Both the position numbers and the translations under genes were made by a program. The notes beneath the pieces were generated by a model. The model was not told the origin of the DNA. It worked only from the letters and a program-made list of their open reading frames with translations, and did no database searches. This document shows positions 1 through 7,935 of a DNA stretch of 64,000 nt, one piece after another. Position 1 is the first letter of the stretch, and the number at the start of each line of letters is the position of its first letter. Source of the DNA: an uncultured Flavobacteriaceae bacterium (GTDB lineage Bacteria > Bacteroidota > Bacteroidia > Flavobacteriales > Flavobacteriaceae); assembly GCA_963934855.1 (NCBI GenBank), contig CAWWAC010000006.1, positions 3,188 to 67,187 of the forward strand. Reading direction: 5' to 3'.

Positions 1-383
1 GTAAAATCTACCACAGAGTAATTAATGGCGTCCTGCTCGTAAATAAAAAACCTAGTTTGGCTAATACTATCCTTAGATTTTAAAATAGCATAAGGTCTTC
101 CCACTCTAATTTTCCTTATGTCAAACACGTTTCTATACTCCTTAGAAATCCCGTAAATTTGGTCATATCCAATATTGTTTCTAAGCATGATTTGACCAAA
201 AGTTTCATTTTTTCTTACCGTGTCTTTAATCACCTCAAAATGATTAAAATTTATGCCATAGAATATGCTATCTGTTGCTTTTTCTACTGTAATTTGTCCC
301 TTGGAATTGTCGGATTTACAACCACCCAATACTAGAAGGAGAAAGGTGGATAATAATAGGATGTGGTGGTCTTGAAGTTTCAT
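1..383 (-). CDS. Lipoprotein, probable M23/LytM-family peptidase (N-terminal 127 codons only; gene continues beyond window start)
   Basis: Hand translation of the minus strand from ATG (381-383) stays open to position 1: MKLQDHHILLLSTFLLLVLGGCKSDNSKGQ... Lipobox LVLGGC. The N-terminal region resembles the segment preceding the M23 domain in Flavobacteriia peptidases. The catalytic domain is outside the window. Confidence 0.5.
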   Translation of the reverse strand, partial: MKLQDHHILLLSTFLLLVLGGCKSDNSKGQITVEKATDSIFYGINFNHFEVIKDTVRKNETFGQIMLRNNIGYDQIYGISKEYRNVFDIRKIRVGRPYAILKSKDSISQTRFFIYEQDAINYSVVDF

Positions 384-396
384 AAGGTATTGTGTG

Positions 397-1179
397 CTAA
401 TCCATAAGGATTTTAAATTGATTTTTTAATCCGTTATAGGCTTCTAGATCTGCTTTAATGGCACCAACCCTTAAATCTGCTTCAATCCTAATAGGAATTT
501 TATTTAAGTCATTTGAAATCCACAAACTAATACTTTCTTGTGCTTTAAAAACGCGTCCAAATTGAACATATGGCCTAAATTTTAGGCAAGATACTTTTCC
601 AAATTTAGTTTTCAAAATTTCTTGGCCTAGGTATTCTAATTTAAATGGGAAAACCCCATCATCATCATAAAGCATACTAATAACGGTAAATTCCCCCACT
701 CTCAAGTCTTTTAAAGACCACTTGTTCCTCAAATAATAAAAGGCAGAAATAATATCTTGTATGCCTTTTTGAGTATTAAATTCAAAATCTTTTTTATTTT
801 TTTTGTCACGCATATAAGCCTTGTCATTGGAATGATCAAAATTAACTTCTAAATGCATAGTGGTGCCACCCTCTCTTACTCTTCTAATGAATTTTATTGG
901 CTCGTTTAACTTGGGAGTGAAATAGCTCTCATAGGTGTCATCTACTTTAAAAAATATACTGGCCCATCCTGTAGTTTTGCCATTGGCCACTACGTGATTT
1001 AGCTTTTCTCCATTCAGGTTTTCTTGTGTCAGATGAAGGGTGGCGTAGCTGGCATTTAAAAACCCGTAATGAAGTCTAAATTTTAACCACTCCCCGTCTA
1101 TATAGGCTGGAGAATTATCCTGCGCTTTAGCCTTTCCTAAAAAAGCAAGAAAAACTAATAAAATTAAAATTCTTTTCAT
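397..1179 (-). CDS. DUF3108 domain-containing secreted protein
   Basis: ORF 397..1233. ATG at 1177-1179 gives signal peptide MKRILILLVFLAFLGKAKAQ, and the GTG at 1233 looks like an over-extension. Sequence pattern (GEWLKFRLHYGF..., RVGAIKADL) is typical of DUF3108. Confidence 0.75.
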   Translation of the reverse strand: MKRILILLVFLAFLGKAKAQDNSPAYIDGEWLKFRLHYGFLNASYATLHLTQENLNGEKLNHVVANGKTTGWASIFFKVDDTYESYFTPKLNEPIKFIRRVREGGTTMHLEVNFDHSNDKAYMRDKKNKKDFEFNTQKGIQDIISAFYYLRNKWSLKDLRVGEFTVISMLYDDDGVFPFKLEYLGQEILKTKFGKVSCLKFRPYVQFGRVFKAQESISLWISNDLNKIPIRIEADLRVGAIKADLEAYNGLKNQFKILMD

Positions 1180-1268
1180 AAACTGATTTGGGGTAAAAAT
1201 AAGAAAAATGAATGGCTTTGAAATTTTGTTCACACTTATTTAACCATATTTTAATTATATAAAAAGAC

Positions 1269-1299
1269 AAAAAAAAGCCCAGTTTTACAACTGGGCTTT
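1269..1299 (-). terminator. Rho-independent terminator
   Basis: Stem AAAGCCCAGTT/AACTGGGCTTT (1274-1299), 4-nt loop, followed on the minus strand by a run of 8 U (plus-strand A run 1269-1276). Confidence 0.8.
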
Positions 1300-1371
1300 C
1301 CTTAAATAACCAACCAAACTTTAAAATGATGAAAAATCAATACTTAAAGTTCTAAAGGGAACCACCCCTTT
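1269..1371 (-). ncRNA. Candidate ~100-nt small RNA (promoter-to-terminator unit without ORF)
   Basis: On the minus strand, TTG-N19-TAACTTTG lies upstream, then a 5' hairpin (1354-1371), an AU-rich 8-bp hairpin (1317-1351), and an 11-bp GC-containing terminator stem plus U8 (1269-1299). No family is recognised. Confidence 0.3.
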
Positions 1372-1377
1372 ATGCTA

Positions 1378-1407
1378 CAAAGTTAATGTAAAATTGAGTA
1401 AATACAA
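1378..1407 (-). promoter_or_regulatory. Bacteroidetes-type promoter (-33 TTG, 19-nt spacer, -7 TAACTTTG) for the sRNA candidate
   Basis: Reverse complement of 1378-1385 is TAACTTTG, an exact TAnnTTTG. TTG lies at 1405-1407, 19 nt upstream. Confidence 0.4.
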
Positions 1408-1524
1408 TCATTTAGGTCACTTTAACGAAGCTATTAACAGTAATTTATATAATCTAAGCTTTTTTTAATAATTATTTAAGAAAAGAGAGATATCAATGAG
1501 ACTAAGCTATTCAGTAAAAGGGTT

Positions 1525-3792
1525 TTAAAAAGGGAATCCAACGCTAAAAAATAAACTTCCAGTACCATTTTGGGGAGATTTTGTGTAAATCATCTGAACG
1601 GGACCTATAAAGGCCTCATATCCATATCCAATTCCATATCCAAAATAAGTAGGTGCCTCTTTAAAAGCACCAGGCTTTAGGATATTATTTGTCACCTTAG
1701 CAATATTAGCAGCTATAAAAAGATGATTTTTTTTAGTAACCTCAAAATCTATGGTGGATTTGGCTTTTAAAAAACTATCTCCAGGAATACTGATAAAATC
1801 ATATCCTAGAAAAGGAATAAAGTTATTTATTAAAGGAGCGCCAAAACCACCTAGTCCAAAATCTAGTGATTTGTTACCAGAACTTCCAGATTTAATACCC
1901 ACCTCTGGTTCAATAATAAATGCCCATTTGCCTCCAAAAGGGATTGCAGCTAATGCTTTAGATCTGAAAATGGAAAATTGGTTAAAGTTTTTATTGTAAT
2001 CAGTAGAAAACAAATAAGTATGAAAGTCTGTTTCTAAATGTAAGCCCCTAGAAGGGAAGAAAAGATTGTCTAATGTGTCAAACTTTAAATTGGCATACAA
2101 ACTAGCATAATGTGACCTCTCCAATATAAGTTTAGAAGGAAGTTTATTTTCTAAATTTTCGCTCTGGAGCGTTTTACTGCTAAATTGAAGCCATTTGTGC
2201 TCTACTCCTAGTGAAAAAGAAAAGGCATTTTTATAAACTGTTTGAATATATGCCTGGTTTGTAATGTCTGTAAGATTTATTGTTACAGAATTTAGATTCG
2301 AATCTTCTTGAATCCTAAAATTACTACTTAAAATACTAAGTGGAATATCAAAATCAAAGTTGTGTAAACTACTCTTAAACCCAAAGCTCCAATTAAAACC
2401 CTTGTCCACATAATAATCTAACTGATACCTCAGATAATCACCAAACATAAAATCTAAAGAGGCTACATCGTCCTTTCTGAGTAAGTTTTTTTGAGTGACG
2501 TTAATAAGGGCAGCACTTTTGTAGAGTTTGTCATAATGAGCCCCAAAACGGATTTTAATTTTATTGTCATTTTCATTTAGATTGAGAATTAAACCCAAGC
2601 CTGTAGCCTTCTCTAACAGTTTATATCTAATGGTTTTAAAATTGTTAGTAACAGCCAAATTATTAATGCCACTTTTTAAATCTTCAAAGTGAATGGTTTG
2701 GCCTTCTTTAAACTTAAGCTTTCCTTTTATGTAATTATCAGAGTAATTTTGAGTTCCATTTATCTCTATGTGTGCTATAACTAAGCTTTCAGGAATTTTA
2801 CTTAAAGAATTATTACTTTTTTTTTGTGAGCTATCTAAGTATGATTTTTGTCTATGTGCTAATTCTTCAAGATCACTAATTTTTTGAAGTGTGGCTGCTC
2901 TTCCCTTTTCTACTATTTCTAGTACACTTTCAAAGTCTACCACAGAAAAATCAGCAATATCTGGTTTAATATAAATATCTGTGGCCAAGGATTTAGATTT
3001 CATTGCCGCCACAGTCCTAAAATTATTAATCTGTAAAAGGATATCTGTGGCAGACTCTAAAGACTCTCTTTCAGATAGGTCATGCTGGACATCTACCCCA
3101 ATAATAAAAGTAGCCCCTAAAGCTTTTATTTCAGATATAGGGTAATTATTCATGACACCCCCATCAATGAGCATTCTTCCGTCTAGTTCCATAGGCTCAA
3201 AAAGGGAAGGGAATGTTCCAGAGGCCATAATTGCTTCTGGTAAATAGCCACTATTGAGAAGTACGGCAGATCCATTTTCTATGTCTGTAGCCATACAGAA
3301 AAAAGGAATTGGTAATTGATTAAAGTCTTTAATTTCTTTAACAGGGTACAACAAAGCAACCAATTCATTATACACTTTTTGACCGCCAGAAATAGCTTGT
3401 GGAAAGGAAATTTTATAAGCGTCAAAAGGAAGGCTTACGGCGTATCTATCTCCGTCTTCTTTTTCGTAAAAAGTTTTGCTATCTCTAGAGAAATCGTCTT
3501 GGATAAGGCTATTAAAATCTAAAGCCTTAAATATAGAGTCTAATTGGGCAGCGCGGTAACCCGAAGCGTATAGCGCCCCTATAATGGCTCCCATACTGCT
3601 TCCTGCTATAAAGTCTATTTGTACCCCAGCGTCTTCTATTACTTTTAAAGCTCCAATATGAGCCAATCCTTTAGCACCTCCACCACTGAGTACCAAGCCT
3701 ACTTTTAAAGGGGGTTCTTGCTGCTTTAAATTCTGAGACAAGGCAAGGCAAGAGCTCATGAGAAAAAATATCCCCAACACCCTGCTTCTCAT
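1525..3792 (-). CDS. Patatin-like phospholipase fused to a C-terminal Omp85/BamA-type outer-membrane beta-barrel (PlpD-like)
   Basis: Patatin motifs are present: GLVLSGGGAKGLAHIG (Gly-rich), GSSMG (GxSxG serine), LIDGGVMNNYP (DGG aspartate). The C-terminal ~400 aa are beta-rich and end in the aromatic ...SVGFPF. ATG at 3790-3792 (MRSRVLGIFFLMSS...) is preferred over 3831, which overlaps uvrC. Confidence 0.85.
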   Translation of the reverse strand: MRSRVLGIFFLMSSCLALSQNLKQQEPPLKVGLVLSGGGAKGLAHIGALKVIEDAGVQIDFIAGSSMGAIIGALYASGYRAAQLDSIFKALDFNSLIQDDFSRDSKTFYEKEDGDRYAVSLPFDAYKISFPQAISGGQKVYNELVALLYPVKEIKDFNQLPIPFFCMATDIENGSAVLLNSGYLPEAIMASGTFPSLFEPMELDGRMLIDGGVMNNYPISEIKALGATFIIGVDVQHDLSERESLESATDILLQINNFRTVAAMKSKSLATDIYIKPDIADFSVVDFESVLEIVEKGRAATLQKISDLEELAHRQKSYLDSSQKKSNNSLSKIPESLVIAHIEINGTQNYSDNYIKGKLKFKEGQTIHFEDLKSGINNLAVTNNFKTIRYKLLEKATGLGLILNLNENDNKIKIRFGAHYDKLYKSAALINVTQKNLLRKDDVASLDFMFGDYLRYQLDYYVDKGFNWSFGFKSSLHNFDFDIPLSILSSNFRIQEDSNLNSVTINLTDITNQAYIQTVYKNAFSFSLGVEHKWLQFSSKTLQSENLENKLPSKLILERSHYASLYANLKFDTLDNLFFPSRGLHLETDFHTYLFSTDYNKNFNQFSIFRSKALAAIPFGGKWAFIIEPEVGIKSGSSGNKSLDFGLGGFGAPLINNFIPFLGYDFISIPGDSFLKAKSTIDFEVTKKNHLFIAANIAKVTNNILKPGAFKEAPTYFGYGIGYGYEAFIGPVQMIYTKSPQNGTGSLFFSVGFPF

Positions 3793-3808
3793 TTCAAAAG
3801 GAAATTTA

Positions 3809-5596
3809 CTAATGAAAATGTTCATATACAATTTTAGCTTTTGCCGGACCTATGACTTTAATGAGTGAGTCTAGGGAAGCCTCCTTAATGCTACTCACAG
3901 ACTTAAACTGCTTTAACAGCTCTGTAGCTGTTTTGTCTCCTACCCCTTTTATTTCATCCAACTCTGACACTATAGCGCCTTTAGACCTTAAATTTCTGTG
4001 AAAAGTGATCCCAAATCTATGAGCTTCATTTCTCAATTGTTGAATAATTTTTAGAGACTCAGATTTCTTGTCTAAATATAAGGGAATAGGATCTTCTGGA
4101 AAGTAAATTTCTTCTAATCTTTTAGCAATTCCAATAATGGCAATCTTTCCTCTAAGTCCCAACTCATCTAAGGATTTTAGCGCTGCAGACAACTGGCCCT
4201 TCCCTCCGTCAATTACAATGAGTTGTGGCAGAGAAGCTTTTTCATCCAAAAGCCTTTTATAACGCCTGTAAACGACCTCTCCCATAGAGGCAAAATCATC
4301 GGGCCCTGTAACTGTTTTGATATGAAAATGCCTGTACATTTTCTTATTGGGCTTAGCATTAATAAAAACTACACATGCCGCAACAGGATTAGTCCCTTGT
4401 GTGTTAGAGTTGTCAAAACACTCTATATGTGTAGGTAGTTCAGAGAGCCTTAAGTCCTCTTTAATCTGAGCCAATATTCTTTTTGAATGACGTTCAGGAT
4501 CTACCATTCTCATTTGACTTATTTTATCCTGCCTGTAAAAACGGGCATTTCTTTGAGACAGTTCAATGAGTTTTAATTTATCACCTAACACAGGTACTGT
4601 AGCCTTTAAGTCATCTGGAGTTAATACGTAAAAAGGTAATAAAGCCTCTCTAGAAATAGAGGTAAAACGGTTTCTAATCTCTACTATAGCCAATTCCAAT
4701 AGGGCTGCATTAGATTCTTGTAACTTTTTTTTGATTTCCAAAGTATGTGATCTAATAATAGCACCATGAGAGATTTCTAAAAAATTTACATAAGCATGCG
4801 TATGATCAGAAATGATAGTAAAGACATCCACATTATTAATTTTTGGATTTACAATAGTAGATTTAGCTTGGTAGCCTAATAAAATTTCAAGCTTTTCTTT
4901 AATTATTTGTGCTTTTTCAAAAGCTTGAACTGAGGCAAAAAGAAGCATTTCCTCTTTAAAATACTTCATAGCCACAGATAAGTTTCCTTTTAAAATATGA
5001 CGTATTCCTTCAATATCTCTATTGTAATCCTCTACAGATTGTAAGCTTTCACAGGGTGCTTTACAGTTTCCTAAATGATACTCCAAACAGCTTTTATACT
5101 TTTCTTGGCTCACTTTTTCATAAGATAAGTCGTAGTTACAGGTCCTAAGCGGGTACAATCCTTTTAAAAGCTCTAGGAGTACTTTCACCATTTTCTTATT
5201 GGTATAAGGTCCAAAATACTCTGACCCATCCTTGACCAATCTCCTTGTGATAAAAACCCTTGGAAACCGCTCCTTTTTAATACATATCCAAGGAAAAGAC
5301 TTGTCATCTTTAAGCAGTATATTATACCTAGGTTGGTATTTTTTTATGAGGTTGTTTTCCAATAGCAAAGCATCAGACTCTGTAGGAACTACAATGTGCT
5401 GAATGGACACTATCTTTTTTACAAGAATTCTAGTCTTAGCTACCTCGTGTTTGAGGGTGAAATAAGAACTCACTCTCTTCTTTAGGTTTTTGGCCTTCCC
5501 TATGTATAAAATCTTTCCCTCTACATCATAAAACTGATAGACTCCCGGATTTTCAGGGAGTACACTTAATTGAACAGAAATAGGGTTGTCAGACAT
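3809..5596 (-). CDS. uvrC: Excinuclease ABC subunit C
   Basis: 595-aa ORF. N-terminal GIY-YIG motif (GVYQFYDVEGKILYIGKAKNLKKRVSSYF ... YNILLKDDKSFPWI). C-terminal helix-hairpin-helix region (IKGVGDKTATELLKQF). Confidence 0.95.
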   Translation of the reverse strand: MSDNPISVQLSVLPENPGVYQFYDVEGKILYIGKAKNLKKRVSSYFTLKHEVAKTRILVKKIVSIQHIVVPTESDALLLENNLIKKYQPRYNILLKDDKSFPWICIKKERFPRVFITRRLVKDGSEYFGPYTNKKMVKVLLELLKGLYPLRTCNYDLSYEKVSQEKYKSCLEYHLGNCKAPCESLQSVEDYNRDIEGIRHILKGNLSVAMKYFKEEMLLFASVQAFEKAQIIKEKLEILLGYQAKSTIVNPKINNVDVFTIISDHTHAYVNFLEISHGAIIRSHTLEIKKKLQESNAALLELAIVEIRNRFTSISREALLPFYVLTPDDLKATVPVLGDKLKLIELSQRNARFYRQDKISQMRMVDPERHSKRILAQIKEDLRLSELPTHIECFDNSNTQGTNPVAACVVFINAKPNKKMYRHFHIKTVTGPDDFASMGEVVYRRYKRLLDEKASLPQLIVIDGGKGQLSAALKSLDELGLRGKIAIIGIAKRLEEIYFPEDPIPLYLDKKSESLKIIQQLRNEAHRFGITFHRNLRSKGAIVSELDEIKGVGDKTATELLKQFKSVSSIKEASLDSLIKVIGPAKAKIVYEHFH

Positions 5597-5612
5597 TATT
5601 TTTATGCTTACA

Positions 5613-5620
5613 CAAAGGTA
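5613..5620 (-). promoter_or_regulatory. -7 promoter box (TACCTTTG) upstream of uvrC
   Basis: Exact TAnnTTTG on the minus strand, 17 nt upstream of the uvrC ATG. Confidence 0.35.
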
Positions 5621-5684
5621 TATGAGAAAATAAAACCAACGCGCTAATTTATCTGTATTTTTACAAAGTTCAAAAGTAACTCAA

Positions 5685-6245
5685 ATGAGCAAGCAAGCAT
5701 TAAGAGAAAAATATACCGCACTAAGAAAAGCACTCAATGTAGCAGAAAGGCAAAACAAAAGTGAAGCCATTACAAACCAACTTTTAAGACTGCCCATCTG
5801 GAACGCCACTTACTACAGCTTATTTTTAAGCATGGACCTGAAAAATGAAATAGACACCGAGTTTATTCTAGCCTTGCTTCAGGGGCATGACAAGGAAATA
5901 TGTGTCCCAAAAATGACACCGTCTAAAGATATGGAGCATATTTTATTGACAGACAACACCCTATTAAAAATAAGTCCTTTGGGAATTCCCGAACCTCAAA
6001 ATGGATTAAAAGTGCCCACCACCCAAATTGAGGTAGTCTTTATTCCTCTTTTGGCTTTTGACCTCAAAGGCAATAGAATTGGATATGGAAAGGGTATTTA
6101 TGATTGCTTTCTAAAAAAATGCAATCCAAATACGTTAAAAATTGGCTTGTCTTTTTTTAAGGCAGAGACCCATCTTATTCCCACAGAGCCACATGACATT
6201 TCATTAGATTACTGCGTAACACCAGAGCAGGTATATCACTTTTAA
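5685..6245 (+). CDS. 5-formyltetrahydrofolate cyclo-ligase
   Basis: 186-aa ORF of family-typical size with the C-terminal GYGKGxYD motif (NRIGYGKGIYDCF). Confidence 0.8.
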   Translation: MSKQALREKYTALRKALNVAERQNKSEAITNQLLRLPIWNATYYSLFLSMDLKNEIDTEFILALLQGHDKEICVPKMTPSKDMEHILLTDNTLLKISPLGIPEPQNGLKVPTTQIEVVFIPLLAFDLKGNRIGYGKGIYDCFLKKCNPNTLKIGLSFFKAETHLIPTEPHDISLDYCVTPEQVYHF

Positions 6246-6859
6246 GATTCCTTTTCTGGAAAAGCTTTTTTGTTAAACACCAAAAGTAGTCCAACTCCAG
6301 TGCTAATAGCCGTGTCTGCAATATTAAACACCGGTTCAAAAAAGCGCAATGGTGCCCCTCCTAATCTAGGGACCCACTGAGGCCAAGTAGTATCTAACAT
6401 AGGAAAATACAACATATCTACTACCTTTCCTTGTAGGAGTGATCCGTAGGGTTCATCTGAAAAAAGAGATGCTATTTGGTAGCCACTTTCATTAAAAATA
6501 ATGCCGTAAAATACAGAGTCAATAATATTACCTAGGGCACCTGCAAATATTAAAGCCAGCCCCATTTGCAAAAGTATGGGTACTTGCTTCTTTATAGAAC
6601 TCAAAAACCAATAGCCGATTCCCACTATAGCAAACAACCTAAAGGTGGTGAGTATGAGTTTTCCAAGGGCGTCTGAAATAGGAAGCACATCACTTAATTT
6701 AGCACCCCAAGCAGCCCCTTCATTTTCGATAAATAGAATTTGAAACCACGAAAAAACAACCACAGACTCCCCGTATGCAAAATGTGTTTTAACATATATT
6801 TTAGTTATTTGGTCTACCAACAACAATACAAAAACTAACAACAAAGGTTTCTTAAACAT
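6242..6859 (-). CDS. lspA: Lipoprotein signal peptidase (signal peptidase II)
   Basis: 205-aa polytopic membrane ORF with SPase II motifs (IENEGAAWG, FNIADTAISTG). Classic position downstream of ileS. Its stop overlaps the convergent stop of the 5-FTHF cyclo-ligase gene. Confidence 0.9.
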   Translation of the reverse strand: MFKKPLLLVFVLLLVDQITKIYVKTHFAYGESVVVFSWFQILFIENEGAAWGAKLSDVLPISDALGKLILTTFRLFAIVGIGYWFLSSIKKQVPILLQMGLALIFAGALGNIIDSVFYGIIFNESGYQIASLFSDEPYGSLLQGKVVDMLYFPMLDTTWPQWVPRLGGAPLRFFEPVFNIADTAISTGVGLLLVFNKKAFPEKES

Positions 6860-6903
6860 AATTTATTCTTGAGTGGCTAAAATAAACATAATTATACAAT
6901 TGG

Positions 6904-7530
6904 TCATGGGCGTTGTTTAGTCACTTTAATATGACCACTTACGGAATGTAACACAATAACAGACTTGCCTATTGGAATAGACTCCTTCTCAACTAAACCG
7001 TAGCTACTTTTTGCTGTGACAAATCCCTTTTTCTGATTTAAAAAAATAGAGCCACTCTGACTATTGACATAAACCTGCTCCCCAATATCATTAAGCGAAC
7101 ACATACCGTCTACCAAACTGATATTTAGTTTTTTAAATCTCCCAGAGGCACTCACTCTTGTAGCTTCGCCAGAAACCACCACTTCTAAGTAAGAGGGTAT
7201 ACACATGTCTAATGCAATAGCAAAAACTTTGTGAGCACTTAATTTATCATTTGGGATTTCATATTTGTCAGTAAAATCTGGCACCACATAAAGGGTATTC
7301 CCCTTTCTAACTATAGAAAGCATTTGGTGGGTACTGTATTCTCCGTCCAATACGCCTCTGACCAGAAACTCCTTAGATTCTACAGAAGTAATAGATAAAC
7401 TATTTATATCCTGGGCTTGAATATAAATTTGAGAAAGGGTAGGGTCATTTAAAGTTTTTGTGAGTATTTTTTGAGCAAACAAACTTTGAAGCGCCAGTAT
7501 AAAAAAAAGAACGGCGCTATTAAACCTCAA
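6904..7530 (-). CDS. Hypothetical secreted protein, beta-rich (DUF4097/DUF2807-like repeats suspected)
   Basis: 208-aa ORF with signal peptide MRFNSAVLFFILALQSLFAQ. Repeated short V-x-V/SG-containing strands (VVVSGEATRVSASG, VNSQSGSIF, LHSVSGHIKV). Lies between the traR/dksA-like gene and lspA on the same strand. Confidence 0.6.
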   Translation of the reverse strand: MRFNSAVLFFILALQSLFAQKILTKTLNDPTLSQIYIQAQDINSLSITSVESKEFLVRGVLDGEYSTHQMLSIVRKGNTLYVVPDFTDKYEIPNDKLSAHKVFAIALDMCIPSYLEVVVSGEATRVSASGRFKKLNISLVDGMCSLNDIGEQVYVNSQSGSIFLNQKKGFVTAKSSYGLVEKESIPIGKSVIVLHSVSGHIKVTKQRP

Positions 7531-7550
7531 AATAAACTTGTTTTAAAAGA

Positions 7551-7934
7551 TTACTTTTGCATGTTTTTGGCTTCTATACTCAAGGTAGCATGTGGCACCA
7601 ATTTTAAACGCTCCTTATTAATTAACTTACCAGTAACCCTACAAATTCCATAGGTCTTGTTTTCAATTCTGTTAAGGGCATTCTTCAGGTCTCTAATAAA
7701 TTTTTCCTGACGGATGGCCAGCTGAGTATTAGCCTCTTTACTCATGGTTTCTGATCCTTCCTCAAAGGCTTTAAAAGTGGGGGAAGTGTCATCTGTTCCA
7801 TTGTTTCCATCATTCATATAGGAGCTCTTTAGTAACTCTAAATGAGACTTGGCCAAAGCCATTTTATCTCCAATCAAAACCTTAAACTCTGCCAAGTCTT
7901 TGTCTGAATATCTGTTTGTTATTTCTATCTCCAT
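7551..7934 (-). CDS. TraR/DksA-family protein with degenerate zinc finger
   Basis: C-terminal segment YGICRVTGKLINKERLKLVPHATLSIEAK matches the TraR/DksA finger region but keeps only one Cys. ATG at 7932-7934 (MEIEITN...) is preferred because the longer ORF (7964) would overlap ileS. Confidence 0.75.
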   Translation of the reverse strand: MEIEITNRYSDKDLAEFKVLIGDKMALAKSHLELLKSSYMNDGNNGTDDTSPTFKAFEEGSETMSKEANTQLAIRQEKFIRDLKNALNRIENKTYGICRVTGKLINKERLKLVPHATLSIEAKNMQK

Positions 7935-7935
7935 A

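Noticed and set aside
1525-3792. Considered the patatin-like phospholipase as a CBASS (CapV-like) or other anti-phage effector.
   Set aside because: No cyclase, CD-NTase or other signalling gene is adjacent. The protein has a signal peptide and an Omp85-type barrel, which indicates an outer-membrane PlpD-like lipase rather than a cytoplasmic defence effector.
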